Shown one piece after another: positions 27,802-37,190 of a stretch of 41,063 bases of DNA. Location of the stretch: the NCBI GenBank assembly GCA_041492755.1, contig JBGPXN010000022.1, positions 1 through 41,063 on the forward strand, written 5' to 3'. The translations under genes and the position numbers were made by a program. Each line of letters begins with the position of its first letter. Within the stretch, counting starts at the first letter, position 1. Origin of the DNA: Candidatus Methylomirabilia bacterium (GTDB lineage Bacteria; Methylomirabilota; Methylomirabilia; Rokubacteriales; CSP1-6). The notes below the pieces were generated by a model. That model was not told the origin of the DNA. It worked only from the letters and a program-made list of their open reading frames with translations, and did no database searches.

Positions 27802-29324
27802 CGTTCCCGTACCTGTCCGTCATCACCTGGGCGCCCTTCGTGGGCGCGCTGCTCATCATGTTCACCGCGCGCCACCGGCCGCTCGCCGTCCGCCTCATCG
27901 CGCTGGCCACCACGGCCGTGTCCACGGTGCTCTCGATCTGGATCTACATCGCCTACGACCGCGAGGCGGCCGGCTTCCAGTTCTACGAGCGGGTCCCGCT
28001 GATGCCGCCGCTGGGCATCTCGTACGAGCTCGGCGTGGACGGCATGAGCTTGCTGATGGTGCTGCTCACCTCCGTCATCATTTTCGCCGGCGTCTTCGCG
28101 TCCTGGACGGTCACCGTGCGCAGCCAGGAGTTCTACGCGCTCCTGCTCGCGCTGGTCACCGGCGTCTATGGTGTGTTCGCGTCCCTCGATCTCTTCGTCT
28201 TCTTCCTGTTCTACGAGCTGGCCGTGCTGCCGATGTATCTGCTGATCGGGATCTGGGGCTCGTCGGGCGAGGTCCGGCCGCGCGGCATCTTTGCCTGGGC
28301 CTACCGGGCGACGGGGGTGGGGACCAAAGAGTACGCGGCCATGAAGCTCACGCTGTACTTGCTGTTCGGATCCGCGTTCATCCTGGTGGGGATCTTCGCG
28401 CTGTACGTGGCGGCCGGGACGTCGTCGTTTTCCTTTCTCGACCTGTCCGCCGCCAGCTTCGCTCCCGGCGTCCAGCGCTGGGCGTTCCTGGCCTTCTACG
28501 TGGGCTTCGGCATCCTCGCCGGGATCTGGCCGCTGCACACCTGGTCGCCCGACGGTCACGCCTCGGCGCCGACCGCGGTGTCGATGCTCCACGCCGGCGT
28601 GCTGATGAAGCTCGGCGCCTACGGCGTGGTGCGGGTGGGCATGGGACTGCTGCCCGACGGCGCGGCCGAGCTGGCCTGGCTGGTGGGCGGCATCGCGTGC
28701 ATCAACATCGTCTACGGCGCGCTGTCCGCGATGGCGCAGGTCGACCTCAAGTACGTCATCGCCTATTCCTCGGTCTCCCACATGGGCCTCGTGATGCTGG
28801 GCGCCGCCACGCTGACCGAGGCCGGGCTCAACGGCTCCGTGTTCCAGATGTTCGCCCACGGCGTGATGACGGGCCTGTTCTTCGCGCTCGTCGGCCTCGT
28901 CTACGAGAAGGCGCATTCGCGGGAGATCTTCCGCATGGGGGGCTTCGGGCGCGCGATGCCGGGCATCGCCACCGCGTTCACCATCGGCGGTCTGTCGTCG
29001 CTCGGGCTGCCGGCCACGGCCGGATTCGTGGCCGAGCTGCTCACGTTCATGGGCGCCTGGCGCTCGGAGCGGTCGTGGTGGCTGTATCCAGCCGTCGCGG
29101 GCACGTTCCTGACCGCGGTGTACATGCTGCGCGTGACCAAGCAGATCTTCTGGGGCCCGCCGTCGCCGCACTTCGACCACCTGGTGGACGCGCGCGGAAC
29201 CGAGTGGGTCGCGGTCGTCGTGCTCGTGGGCGTGCTGGTGATCTTCGGCATGATGCCGGCGATCGCCCTCGGCCCCGTCGACACCGCGACCATCCCGCTG
29301 CTGGCCCGGATCGTCGGCCCATGA
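27798..29324 (+). CDS. nuoM: complex I subunit M
   Basis: LGVDGMS, FYEL..LPMY, PLHTW, LMKLGAYG, AYSSVSHMG. Confidence 0.95.
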   Translation: MTFPYLSVITWAPFVGALLIMFTARHRPLAVRLIALATTAVSTVLSIWIYIAYDREAAGFQFYERVPLMPPLGISYELGVDGMSLLMVLLTSVIIFAGVFASWTVTVRSQEFYALLLALVTGVYGVFASLDLFVFFLFYELAVLPMYLLIGIWGSSGEVRPRGIFAWAYRATGVGTKEYAAMKLTLYLLFGSAFILVGIFALYVAAGTSSFSFLDLSAASFAPGVQRWAFLAFYVGFGILAGIWPLHTWSPDGHASAPTAVSMLHAGVLMKLGAYGVVRVGMGLLPDGAAELAWLVGGIACINIVYGALSAMAQVDLKYVIAYSSVSHMGLVMLGAATLTEAGLNGSVFQMFAHGVMTGLFFALVGLVYEKAHSREIFRMGGFGRAMPGIATAFTIGGLSSLGLPATAGFVAELLTFMGAWRSERSWWLYPAVAGTFLTAVYMLRVTKQIFWGPPSPHFDHLVDARGTEWVAVVVLVGVLVIFGMMPAIALGPVDTATIPLLARIVGP

Positions 29325-30730
29325 GCCCGTTCGTCCTCGAGCTGGGCCTGGGCCTGCTCATGCTCGTCGTCTTCGTGGCCACGCTGCTGGCGCGGGGCGA
29401 TGACCGCCGCTGGATCGGCTGGCTGGCCATCGTCGGCGTGACGGCGCTGGCCGCGCTGGCGACGGGGCTGGGCCCGACGCCGTCGCCGGCCGGCGCGATG
29501 TTCGTGCAGGACGGGCTCGCGCTCTTCGCCAAGCGCCTGTTCCTGGCCGCGACCATCATCGGTCTGCTCGGCGGCGTCGCCATTCCCGGCGCGCTCTTCG
29601 GACGGCGAGCCGGCGAGTACCATCTGCTGATCCTCGCCTCGCTGCTCGGCATGTTCGTGCTCGCCTCCGCGCGCGACCTCGTCCTGCTCTTCGTCGCGTT
29701 CGAGCTGATGTCGATGCCGCTCTACGTGCTGACCGGCTTCTCGAAGCGCCAACCCGAGGCGGTGGAGGCGAGCCTCAAGTTCTTCCTCGTGGGCAGCGTG
29801 TCGTCGGCCGTGATGGCGTATGGCCTGTCCTTCGTCTACGGCGCGACCCGGACGACCGCGCTCGACGGCGTGGCGAAGGCGCTCGGCTCGAACGACCCGG
29901 TCCTGTGGCTCGGGCTGCTCGCCACCTTCGCCGGCTTCGGCTTCAAGATCGCCGCGTTCCCATTCCACATGTGGGTGCCCGACACCTACGAGGCCGCGGG
30001 CACGCCGTTCGTGGCGTGGCTCAGCGTGGCCCCCAAGGCCGCGGGCTTCGTGGCGCTCTTCCGCGTCTACTTCGAGGGCGTGGGCCCGGCCGTCGCGGTG
30101 TGGGTGCCGCTGGCGGCAGGCCTGGCCACGGTCACCATCGTCGCCGGCAACCTCATGGCGCTGCCCCAGCAGAACACCAAGCGCCTGCTCGCGTACTCGG
30201 GGATCGCGCACATCGGCTACATGCTCGTCGGCTTCGCCGCGGCGACGGCGTCGGGCACCGCGATGGTCCTCTTCTATCTCGTGGCCTACGTCTTCGGGAA
30301 CATGGGCGCCTTCCTCGTCGTCGAGGCGCTGGCGCGTGCCGAAGGCTCCGAGCACGTCGCCGCGTTCCGTGGACTGGCGCAGCGCTCGCCCCTGCTCGCG
30401 CTCGCCATGCTGCTGTTCCTGCTCTCGCTGGGCGGGATCCCGTTCGTGGCGGGATTCTGGGCGAAGCTCTACGTCTTCTGGGCCGCTGCGCAGCAAGGGC
30501 TCTACTGGCTCGTGCTGGTCGGCGCCGTCCTCACCGTCGTCGCCCTCTTCTACTATCTGGTCGTCGCCAAGCGGATGTACATCGAGGCGCCCGTGCGGAC
30601 CGACCGGCTCCGGCTGGAACCCGCGCTCGCGCTGTCCATCATCCTGTGCGTGCTCGGCGTGGTCGTGCTCGGCGTCTATCCCAAGCCGATCGTGATGGCC
30701 GCACTGCGGGTGGCGGCTCCGCTGTTTTAG
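29321..30730 (+). CDS. nuoN: complex I subunit N
   Basis: FKIAAFPFHMWVPDTYE, KRLLAYSGIAH, GFWAKLY. Confidence 0.95.
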   Translation: MSPFVLELGLGLLMLVVFVATLLARGDDRRWIGWLAIVGVTALAALATGLGPTPSPAGAMFVQDGLALFAKRLFLAATIIGLLGGVAIPGALFGRRAGEYHLLILASLLGMFVLASARDLVLLFVAFELMSMPLYVLTGFSKRQPEAVEASLKFFLVGSVSSAVMAYGLSFVYGATRTTALDGVAKALGSNDPVLWLGLLATFAGFGFKIAAFPFHMWVPDTYEAAGTPFVAWLSVAPKAAGFVALFRVYFEGVGPAVAVWVPLAAGLATVTIVAGNLMALPQQNTKRLLAYSGIAHIGYMLVGFAAATASGTAMVLFYLVAYVFGNMGAFLVVEALARAEGSEHVAAFRGLAQRSPLLALAMLLFLLSLGGIPFVAGFWAKLYVFWAAAQQGLYWLVLVGAVLTVVALFYYLVVAKRMYIEAPVRTDRLRLEPALALSIILCVLGVVVLGVYPKPIVMAALRVAAPLF

Positions 30731-30892
30731 GCTGGGAGAGGGGCTGGGCCCCCGTCTGATCCCTCGCGCCGAAGTAAGCTCGTCACGATCGCACCGAAGA
30801 ACCGTCCACCGGACGGCGCATCGGGTCCCACAGCCCCCTGTTGATTCCCGGCCCGGTTTTTGGTACGAAAGACCGGGTTTGGAGATCATGTG

Positions 30893-31138
30893 ATGAGCGT
30901 TCGCCGAGTTCCGTGCATCGTTGCGCTCGCGCTCCTGGCCCTGGTCGCCCTCGCGTCGCCCGCGCAGGCCTACCTCGATCCGGGCACCGGCAGCATGATC
31001 GTCTCGGCCGTCATCGGCGCGATCGCGGCCATGGCGCTGGCGCTGAAAATGTTCTGGTACAACGTTACGGGCCGGCTGCGCGGGCTCAAGCGCGAGCCCC
31101 GGCGTCGACCCGAAGGCGCCCCTGGCGCCGACAAGTAG
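30893..31138 (+). CDS. small membrane protein with YLDPGTGS motif
   Basis: GGAG RBS; signal peptide ending AQA, then YLDPGTGS, one hydrophobic helix and a basic tail (RLRGLKREPRRR). Confidence 0.8.
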   Translation: MSVRRVPCIVALALLALVALASPAQAYLDPGTGSMIVSAVIGAIAAMALALKMFWYNVTGRLRGLKREPRRRPEGAPGADK

Positions 31139-31205
31139 CCATCCGGATCGACCGGCCCGGCGCCGGGCCGCCGCCACGGTCTGATCGAGCGCCCGGCTTC
31201 CCGTC

Positions 31206-32369
31206 ATGAAGACCTGGCAGGACTGGCAGGCGGTCCGGCTGTTCCACACGCTGCCCGCGCGCGAGCGCACCATCGTGTTCTATTCGGAAAGTCGCGCCGA
31301 CTGGCACCATCTCCAGCCGCTCATCGACGTTCTCGTCGACGACCTGTCGCGTCCCGTGTGCCACGTCACTTCGGAGCCGACCGCCGCGTTGCCGGACGAG
31401 CGCGCCCGGCTGCAGGTCTTTCGCGTTCGCGCCGGCGTCATGTGCACCTGGCTGTTCCAGATGCTGAAGGCGGACGTGATGGTCATGACCATGATGGACC
31501 TGCATAACTTCCAACTGAAGCGATCGGTCCATCCCGTGCACTACGTCTACGTCTTCCACAACATGGGCAGCACCCACATGGTGGATCACGCCGACTCGTA
31601 CGACCACTACGACAGCATCTTCTGCGTCGGGCCGCACCAGGAGGCCGAGATCCGGCGGCGCGAAGCGCTGGCCGGGCTCCCGCCCAAGCGGCTCGTCGCC
31701 CACGGCTATCCGCGACTCGACGCGCTGATCGAGGCCGCGCGCAGTCATCCGCCGCGGCCGCCGGTGGGCAACCCCAGCGCGCTGCTGGCGCCGACGTGGG
31801 GAGAGGAGTCGATCCTCAACGTGTGCGGCGAAGCGTTGATCGCCAACCTGCTCGGCGCGGGCGTGAACGTGATCCTTCGCCCGCACTATCAGACGGCCCG
31901 CCTCTCGCCCAATCTCCTTCAGGGGCTGCTCGACCGCTTCGGGACCGACCCCGGCTTCCGGCACGTCGACCACATGGGCGACAACGCGTCGCTGTTCGAA
32001 TCCGACGTCCTCATCTGCGACTGGTCATCGATGGCGATCGAGTACGCCCTCGCGCTGGGCAAGCCCGTGCTGTTCGTCGACGTGCCTCCCCGCGTGCGGA
32101 ATCCCAAGTACACCGAGCTCGGCCTCGAGCCGCTGGAGTTCCGCATCCGTCGCGAGCTCGGCACGATCCTTCCGCTCGACCGCTTGCCGGAGGCGCCGAA
32201 GCGCGTCGCGGAGCTGGTGCGCGACGCGGGCGACTTCCGGGCGCGCATGGTGACGCTGCGCGAGGCATGGGCCTTCAACGTCGGCCGCAGCGCCGAGGTG
32301 GGAGCGCGCGAGATCGCGCGGATCGCCGACGAGCGGGCCGGCTCGGGCTCGGCCGCCCGGCCGGGCTGA
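31206..32369 (+). CDS. CDP-glycerol glycerophosphotransferase family (TagB/TagF-like) protein
   Basis: YVFH, GYPRLD, LLAPTWG, LRPH, SDVLICDWSS, YALALGKPVLF. Confidence 0.8.
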   Translation: MKTWQDWQAVRLFHTLPARERTIVFYSESRADWHHLQPLIDVLVDDLSRPVCHVTSEPTAALPDERARLQVFRVRAGVMCTWLFQMLKADVMVMTMMDLHNFQLKRSVHPVHYVYVFHNMGSTHMVDHADSYDHYDSIFCVGPHQEAEIRRREALAGLPPKRLVAHGYPRLDALIEAARSHPPRPPVGNPSALLAPTWGEESILNVCGEALIANLLGAGVNVILRPHYQTARLSPNLLQGLLDRFGTDPGFRHVDHMGDNASLFESDVLICDWSSMAIEYALALGKPVLFVDVPPRVRNPKYTELGLEPLEFRIRRELGTILPLDRLPEAPKRVAELVRDAGDFRARMVTLREAWAFNVGRSAEVGAREIARIADERAGSGSAARPG

Positions 32370-32376
32370 TCCCGGC

Positions 32377-34194
32377 GTGCCGGATGCGCCGGCCGAGCTG
32401 ATCACCAGACGCCGGCTTCTCCGCTGGGGAAGCTGGTTCGCTCTCGTCAACGCGGGCGGCATCGCCGTCATCGGGCTGCGCTACCTCGCGCACTATGCAG
32501 CACCCGGCGTGTCGGCCGCGTGGACGTACGCGGTGATCGCGTACGTGGGGCACGTGAGCGCGCTGGCGTACCTGCCCTTCCTGCTGCTGCTCCTGCCGCT
32601 CATCCTCATCCGACCGGCGCGACGTCTCGTCCTCGGCGTCGCCGTGACCGTCGCGAGCGCGGGACTCACGCTCCTGCTCCTCGACAGCCTGGTGTTCGCG
32701 GAGAACCGCTACCACCTGAGCGTCCTCACTGCGCAGCTGCTGGCGCCCCGCACGTGGGCGTTCGCCGCGTTCTACTTCGTGGCGTTGCTCATCATCGAGT
32801 CGTTGCTCGCCGTGTGGGTGTGGCGGCGGACCACCCAGCCGCCGCGGCGGCGGCTGGGTCGATACGTGGCGCTCGGCCTGGGCGGCTGCGTGGTGGCGAG
32901 CCACCTCGTTCATGCGTACGCGGACGCCTACTACTACGTGCCGGTGACGGCGTTCACGCACTACCTGCCGCTCCACACGCCGCTCGACTCGCTGGTGCTG
33001 TTCAAGCTCGGTCTGGTGGACGTGCCGCGCACGCGGGAGCGGCAGGTCGCCGCCGGGCTCGGCCGGGCCCCGGGGGCGCTCCTGAGCTACCCCAAGGCGC
33101 CGCTGCAGTGCCGCGGTCCCTCGCCGCCGCTCAACGTCCTGCTCATCGTGGTCGACGCGATGCGTGCCGACGCGCTGACGCCCGAGGTCGCGCCGCATCT
33201 CAGCGCGTTCGCCGCGGAGGCAGTGCGGTTCGAGCACCACTACAGCGGCGGCAATTCCTCGCGGGCCGGCATGTTCTCCCTGTTCTACGGACTGCCGGCG
33301 ACGTACTGGCGGGCGTTCGCGGGCGTGGCGCGGCCGCCGGTGCTGATGGATCTCTTCCGCGAGCACGGCTACCAGCTCGGCATTTTCGTCACCACGCCCG
33401 TGCATCGCGCCGTCGGGATGGACCGCACCGCGCTCGCCCACGTGCCCAACCTCCGGCAGAAGACGGTCGGTCGCACCAACCGCTCGCATGAGCTCGACCG
33501 GATCGTGACCGACGACTGGCGGGCCTGGCTCGACCAGCGCAACCCGTCGGCGCCGTTCTTCGGCCTCCTGTACTGGGACACGGCGCAGGCGATCGACCCC
33601 CCCGACGACTATCCTCCGGCGGTGGCGATGTCCGCCGCGGGCTCGGAGCAGCAGCGCCTGTACGGGCGGTATCTCACCGCCGTGCACTTCGTGGATTCGC
33701 TCGCCGGCCGCGTGCTCGCCGATCTGAGGGAGCGAGACCTCCTCGATCGGACGATCGTGATCGTGACCGCCGACCACGGCATGGAGTTCGACGAGGGCGG
33801 AGGGGGATTCAAGGGACACGGCACCGCCTACAGCCGGTATCAAATGCAGACGCCCTTCGTGCTGCGCTGGCCGGGGCGCCCGGCAGCGCGGGTCGAGCGC
33901 CGGACCTCGCATTTCGATCTGACCCCGACCCTGGTTGGTGGCCTGTTCGCCTGCACGAATCCGCCGTCCGACTACAGCAGTGGCCGTGACCTCTTCGCGA
34001 CCGGGCAATGGGACTGGCTGATCGGCACCAGCTACGCGGGCTTCGCTCTCATCGAGCCCGACCAGGTCACCGTCAGCTACCCGAGCGGCTATTACGAGGT
34101 CCGCGACCGCGACTATCGGCTGGTCGCGAACCCGCGGCTCCGGCGCGAGGCGCACCAGGCCGCGCTGCACGAGATGGGCCGGTTCTACCGCTAG
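32377..34194 (+). CDS. YejM/PbgA-like protein (five-TM N-terminal domain plus sulfatase/alkaline-phosphatase-fold domain)
   Basis: LLRWGSWFALVN start, HAYADAYYY, LSYPKAPL, NVLLIVVDAMR, HYSGGNSSRAGMFSLFYGL, TADHG, RTSHFDL. Confidence 0.85.
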   Translation: MPDAPAELITRRRLLRWGSWFALVNAGGIAVIGLRYLAHYAAPGVSAAWTYAVIAYVGHVSALAYLPFLLLLLPLILIRPARRLVLGVAVTVASAGLTLLLLDSLVFAENRYHLSVLTAQLLAPRTWAFAAFYFVALLIIESLLAVWVWRRTTQPPRRRLGRYVALGLGGCVVASHLVHAYADAYYYVPVTAFTHYLPLHTPLDSLVLFKLGLVDVPRTRERQVAAGLGRAPGALLSYPKAPLQCRGPSPPLNVLLIVVDAMRADALTPEVAPHLSAFAAEAVRFEHHYSGGNSSRAGMFSLFYGLPATYWRAFAGVARPPVLMDLFREHGYQLGIFVTTPVHRAVGMDRTALAHVPNLRQKTVGRTNRSHELDRIVTDDWRAWLDQRNPSAPFFGLLYWDTAQAIDPPDDYPPAVAMSAAGSEQQRLYGRYLTAVHFVDSLAGRVLADLRERDLLDRTIVIVTADHGMEFDEGGGGFKGHGTAYSRYQMQTPFVLRWPGRPAARVERRTSHFDLTPTLVGGLFACTNPPSDYSSGRDLFATGQWDWLIGTSYAGFALIEPDQVTVSYPSGYYEVRDRDYRLVANPRLRREAHQAALHEMGRFYR

Positions 34195-34238
34195 CGCGCC
34201 GTCGCGCGCTCGGACGGTGTGTCCGCCGAGCGGGTCGC

Positions 34239-35846
34239 TTGCCGCGGGTCGGCCGGCTGGCCACGGTCGTCGCGCTGACTCTCGCCGTCGCGTCCATGGC
34301 GGCGCCGATGGCCGCCGCGGCGGCGGTCGACGCGGCTCGGATGCGTGGCGATCGGGTCGAGGTTTCGACCGAGTACCTGCGTCTGGTGTTCTCGCTCGAC
34401 GGTGCGAATCCGGTGCGGTGGGAAGCGTGCCACCCGGTCTGCGACGGCGCGGCAGGGTCACCCCCAAGATCGGTGGCGTTCACGACCGAGAACGATCCGC
34501 CCGCGGCGCGGCTGACTCTGCGCGGCGCCGGCCTGGACGTCGACCTCGACCGCCTGCGCTTCACCGCCGAAATCACGGAGAACGACCACGCCCGCGTCGT
34601 CACGTTCCGGTCGAAGCTTCCGGTAAGCGACGTCGCGATCGAGAAGTCGTTCGAGGTGTCCCGCCGGCGCTACGAGACGGTCATGACGGCGCGCCTGGTG
34701 GGGGCGGGGGCGGCGACGTTCGGCGCCGGCCGGCGCTTCGGGGTCGAGCTGAGCGCGGGCGCCGGCCTGTTCCCGGCGCCCGCGCCGGGATTCTCGGCGG
34801 CGCTCGAAGGCCTGAGGCGCGTCGTCGTGGTCGACGGAAACGTGGCCACGATCGCCGCCGACCCGCCTGGCCGTCCCGCGTTCCATCGCGGCGACTGGGC
34901 GGGATTCCGCAGTCGATTCTGGACGCTCCTCCTGCGAGCCGGCGACCCCGCCACCCTCGAGGCGCGGTCGGGGGCGACGGCGCCGCTGCTCGTGATCGGC
35001 GAGCCGGGTGCGATCTCGGCGCGCGTCACGGTCTACTCCGGGCCGGTGGAGTACACCTCGCTCACCCGGAGCGCGTCCGAGCTCGGGCGCTTGCTCTTTT
35101 CCGGTCTGTGGCTCTGGCTGCGCGTGTTGAGCCTGGCCTTGCTGTTTATCCTGCGCGGCTTGACGGCGATCGCCGGCCATCCGGGGCTGGCGATCATCGC
35201 GCTGGCGGCGACGGTCAAGGTCTTGATGTTGCCGCTCAGCACCGTGGCCGACCGCCTGCAGCAGCAAGTGAGCGCCACCCAGGCCGTGCTCCAGCCCCGC
35301 ATCGATGCCATCAAAGCCGCGCACCGGGGCGAGGCGCGCACCCGGCAGATCGTCGAGCTGTACCGGGCCGAGCGTGTCCACCCGCTCTACACGCTCAAGA
35401 GCCTCGTCGGCGTCCTGATCCAGATCCCGGTGTTCATCGCCGTCTTCGACATGCTGGCGGAAAACTTCGCCCTCTACCGCGTGCCCTTCTTGTGGATCGC
35501 CGACCTGTCGCGACCCGACGAGCTGTTCGCGTTGCCCGTGGGTCTGCCGTTCTTCGGTCAGCACGTCAACCTCTTGCCGTTTCTGATGACGGGGATCGCG
35601 CTGACGGCGTCGCTCCGCTTCGAATCGCCGGTGCTCACCCCGGCCCTGCTGCGCCGGCAACGCCGCAGCCTGGTGGGCATGGCCGTCGCGTTCTTCGTGT
35701 TGTTCTACACGTTCCCCGCCGGGATGGTCCTGTACTGGACGTCGACGAACGCGCTCCAGCTCGCCAGCCGCGAGGTGGGGCGCTGGCGGCGGCGCGGCCG
35801 ACCGTCGCCGCCCGCCGCCGACCCCGCAAGAGCGCCAGTGCACTGA
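34239..35846 (+). CDS. yidC: YidC/Oxa1 membrane insertase paralog
   Basis: N-terminal TM/signal, periplasmic domain, VYSGP, AIIALAATVKVLMLPL, LQPRIDAIK, LIQIPVFIA, PFLWIADLSRPD, PAGMVLYWTSTN. Start uncertain (TTG 34239 chosen). Confidence 0.85.
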   Translation: MPRVGRLATVVALTLAVASMAAPMAAAAAVDAARMRGDRVEVSTEYLRLVFSLDGANPVRWEACHPVCDGAAGSPPRSVAFTTENDPPAARLTLRGAGLDVDLDRLRFTAEITENDHARVVTFRSKLPVSDVAIEKSFEVSRRRYETVMTARLVGAGAATFGAGRRFGVELSAGAGLFPAPAPGFSAALEGLRRVVVVDGNVATIAADPPGRPAFHRGDWAGFRSRFWTLLLRAGDPATLEARSGATAPLLVIGEPGAISARVTVYSGPVEYTSLTRSASELGRLLFSGLWLWLRVLSLALLFILRGLTAIAGHPGLAIIALAATVKVLMLPLSTVADRLQQQVSATQAVLQPRIDAIKAAHRGEARTRQIVELYRAERVHPLYTLKSLVGVLIQIPVFIAVFDMLAENFALYRVPFLWIADLSRPDELFALPVGLPFFGQHVNLLPFLMTGIALTASLRFESPVLTPALLRRQRRSLVGMAVAFFVLFYTFPAGMVLYWTSTNALQLASREVGRWRRRGRPSPPAADPARAPVH

Positions 35847-35923
35847 GGACCAGTGGTCGAACTCGATACGGCTGCGCGCTCTTGGGTCCCGGATCAGCGC
35901 TGCATCGTACCGCGCGCTCGGTG

Positions 35924-36244
35924 TTAGGCGTCGTGGCGTGCCCGGACCGCCGGCAGATCCCTGGTGGCGATCGACCAGACGCGATATACGTCGATGCCCT
36001 GGTACGCATGGATGAGCACGTCGCGAAATCCCGCCATGAGCTGCCAGGGGATTTGCGGGTGGCGATCCCGGTACTCGGCGGGCACGCGCTTGGCCGCCTC
36101 GCCGATGATCTCGAAATTGCGGATGACCGCGTCCTGGGTTTTCTCGTCCTGAAGGAATGCGGCTTCGCCGTCCCGGAGATACCGCTCGACCCGCTCCGCG
36201 CGTTCAAGGATGTGAACCAGGTAGACGCGCGGGTCCTTGCTCAC
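35924..36244 (-). CDS. hepT: HEPN/DUF86 RNase toxin (HepT-like)
   Basis: DAVIRNFEIIGEA, IPW and RDVLIHAY (RX4HXY); overlaps the MNT stop. Confidence 0.88.
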   Translation of the reverse strand: MSKDPRVYLVHILERAERVERYLRDGEAAFLQDEKTQDAVIRNFEIIGEAAKRVPAEYRDRHPQIPWQLMAGFRDVLIHAYQGIDVYRVWSIATRDLPAVRARHDA

Positions 36245-36531
36245 AGCGGCCGGGCCTCCTTGAGGATGCGGCGGCGAAGCAACCAGTAGAGTCCCTCCTC
36301 CGTCACCACGTCGACCTTGCGGCCCAGCAGGGCCTCCAGGTCCTCTGCGAGCCCCGCGGGGAACCAGGCGCTGGTCTCGCCGCGCGTGGACACCAGGAAG
36401 TCGATGTCGCTTCCCTCGGTCGCGTCCCCGCGCGCCGCCGAGCCGAAGACGCGAACGTCTCGCGCGCCGTGCCGCTCGGCGATTCTCAAGATCTCGCCAC
36501 GCTTGGCCTGGAGCAGCTCCTGGATCGTCAT
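36241..36531 (-). CDS. mntA: minimal nucleotidyltransferase antitoxin (MntA-like)
   Basis: VFGSAARGDATEGSDID (GSX10DXD), LLGRKVDVV. Confidence 0.9.
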   Translation of the reverse strand: MTIQELLQAKRGEILRIAERHGARDVRVFGSAARGDATEGSDIDFLVSTRGETSAWFPAGLAEDLEALLGRKVDVVTEEGLYWLLRRRILKEARPL

Positions 36532-37190
36532 GCTCGCTCTCCGGCGAAGCCCAACTCCTGCTGGGTGGCCGCGCCCTGCCGCGCCTCGCTTCTCAACGTT
36601 TCGCGCTCCGTGAGGAGCGCGCTCACCTGCTTCCAGTCCTCCCCGCCGCGGGGCAGGACCTCAAAGAGGCCTGGGCTAGCTTCCAGAAGCGCGGGTCTTC
36701 GACGAGCCCGCGCTCGGCGAGGTACCGGACGAGATCCGCCCGCTGCTCATCCTTCCACAGCGCCATCGCGCGATGCAGGGTGTCGATCAGCGGCGGGCTG
36801 GGGTCGCCGCCCAGGCCGCGCCGGTCCGCCCGGTCCGCGAGGAGAGCAAGGCGGCACTTCGAGCCGTCGATTACGAAGAGGCCCTGCTGGCGGGCGACCT
36901 CCATCCCACTCTCGGCCGCCCCACCGATCTGCACCACGAGCCGGGCGTCGTCCCACGCCTGCTCGGTCACCCCGTAGAGGGTTGCCCTCACGTAGTAGAG
37001 CGTCGAAAGCTCGTTTTGCGGAACTCGCCGGCGATGGCGTCGCGGGCCGCGCGGCGCGCGAGGTCGAGCAGCTCCGGGATCTCTACCGGTGTCCCGTTGG
37101 CCTTCTCCACGCGCTCGTGTTTGCCGAAAGCGCCCACCGCCGGCCCATAGCAGGCGACGATCAGGTCGGCGCCGCGGAAGCCGTAGGTCG
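36528..37190 (-). pseudogene. 3' remnant of a DUF1156-like adenine DNA methyltransferase gene
   Basis: Across two frameshifts (about 37015 and 36670): YGFRGADLIVACYGPAVGAFGKHERVEK...AIAGEF / LSTLYYV...PLIDTLHRAMALW...FWKLAQA / LFEVLPRGGEDWKQVSALL...GERA*. The stop overlaps the MNT ATG; the N-terminus is absent. Confidence 0.6.

Noticed and set aside
30852..30877. hairpin CCCGGTTTTT-GGTACG-AAAGACCGGG before the YLDPGTGS gene, considered as a terminator or riboswitch
   Set aside because: Only three T residues follow and no known aptamer core is present; its function cannot be supported.
25660..31273. long antisense ORFs (690, 481 and 790 aa) over the nuo genes, and similar ones at 9917-12091 and 32275-34467
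   Set aside because: Shadow ORFs typical of high-GC coding DNA; the opposite strand carries clear family motifs.
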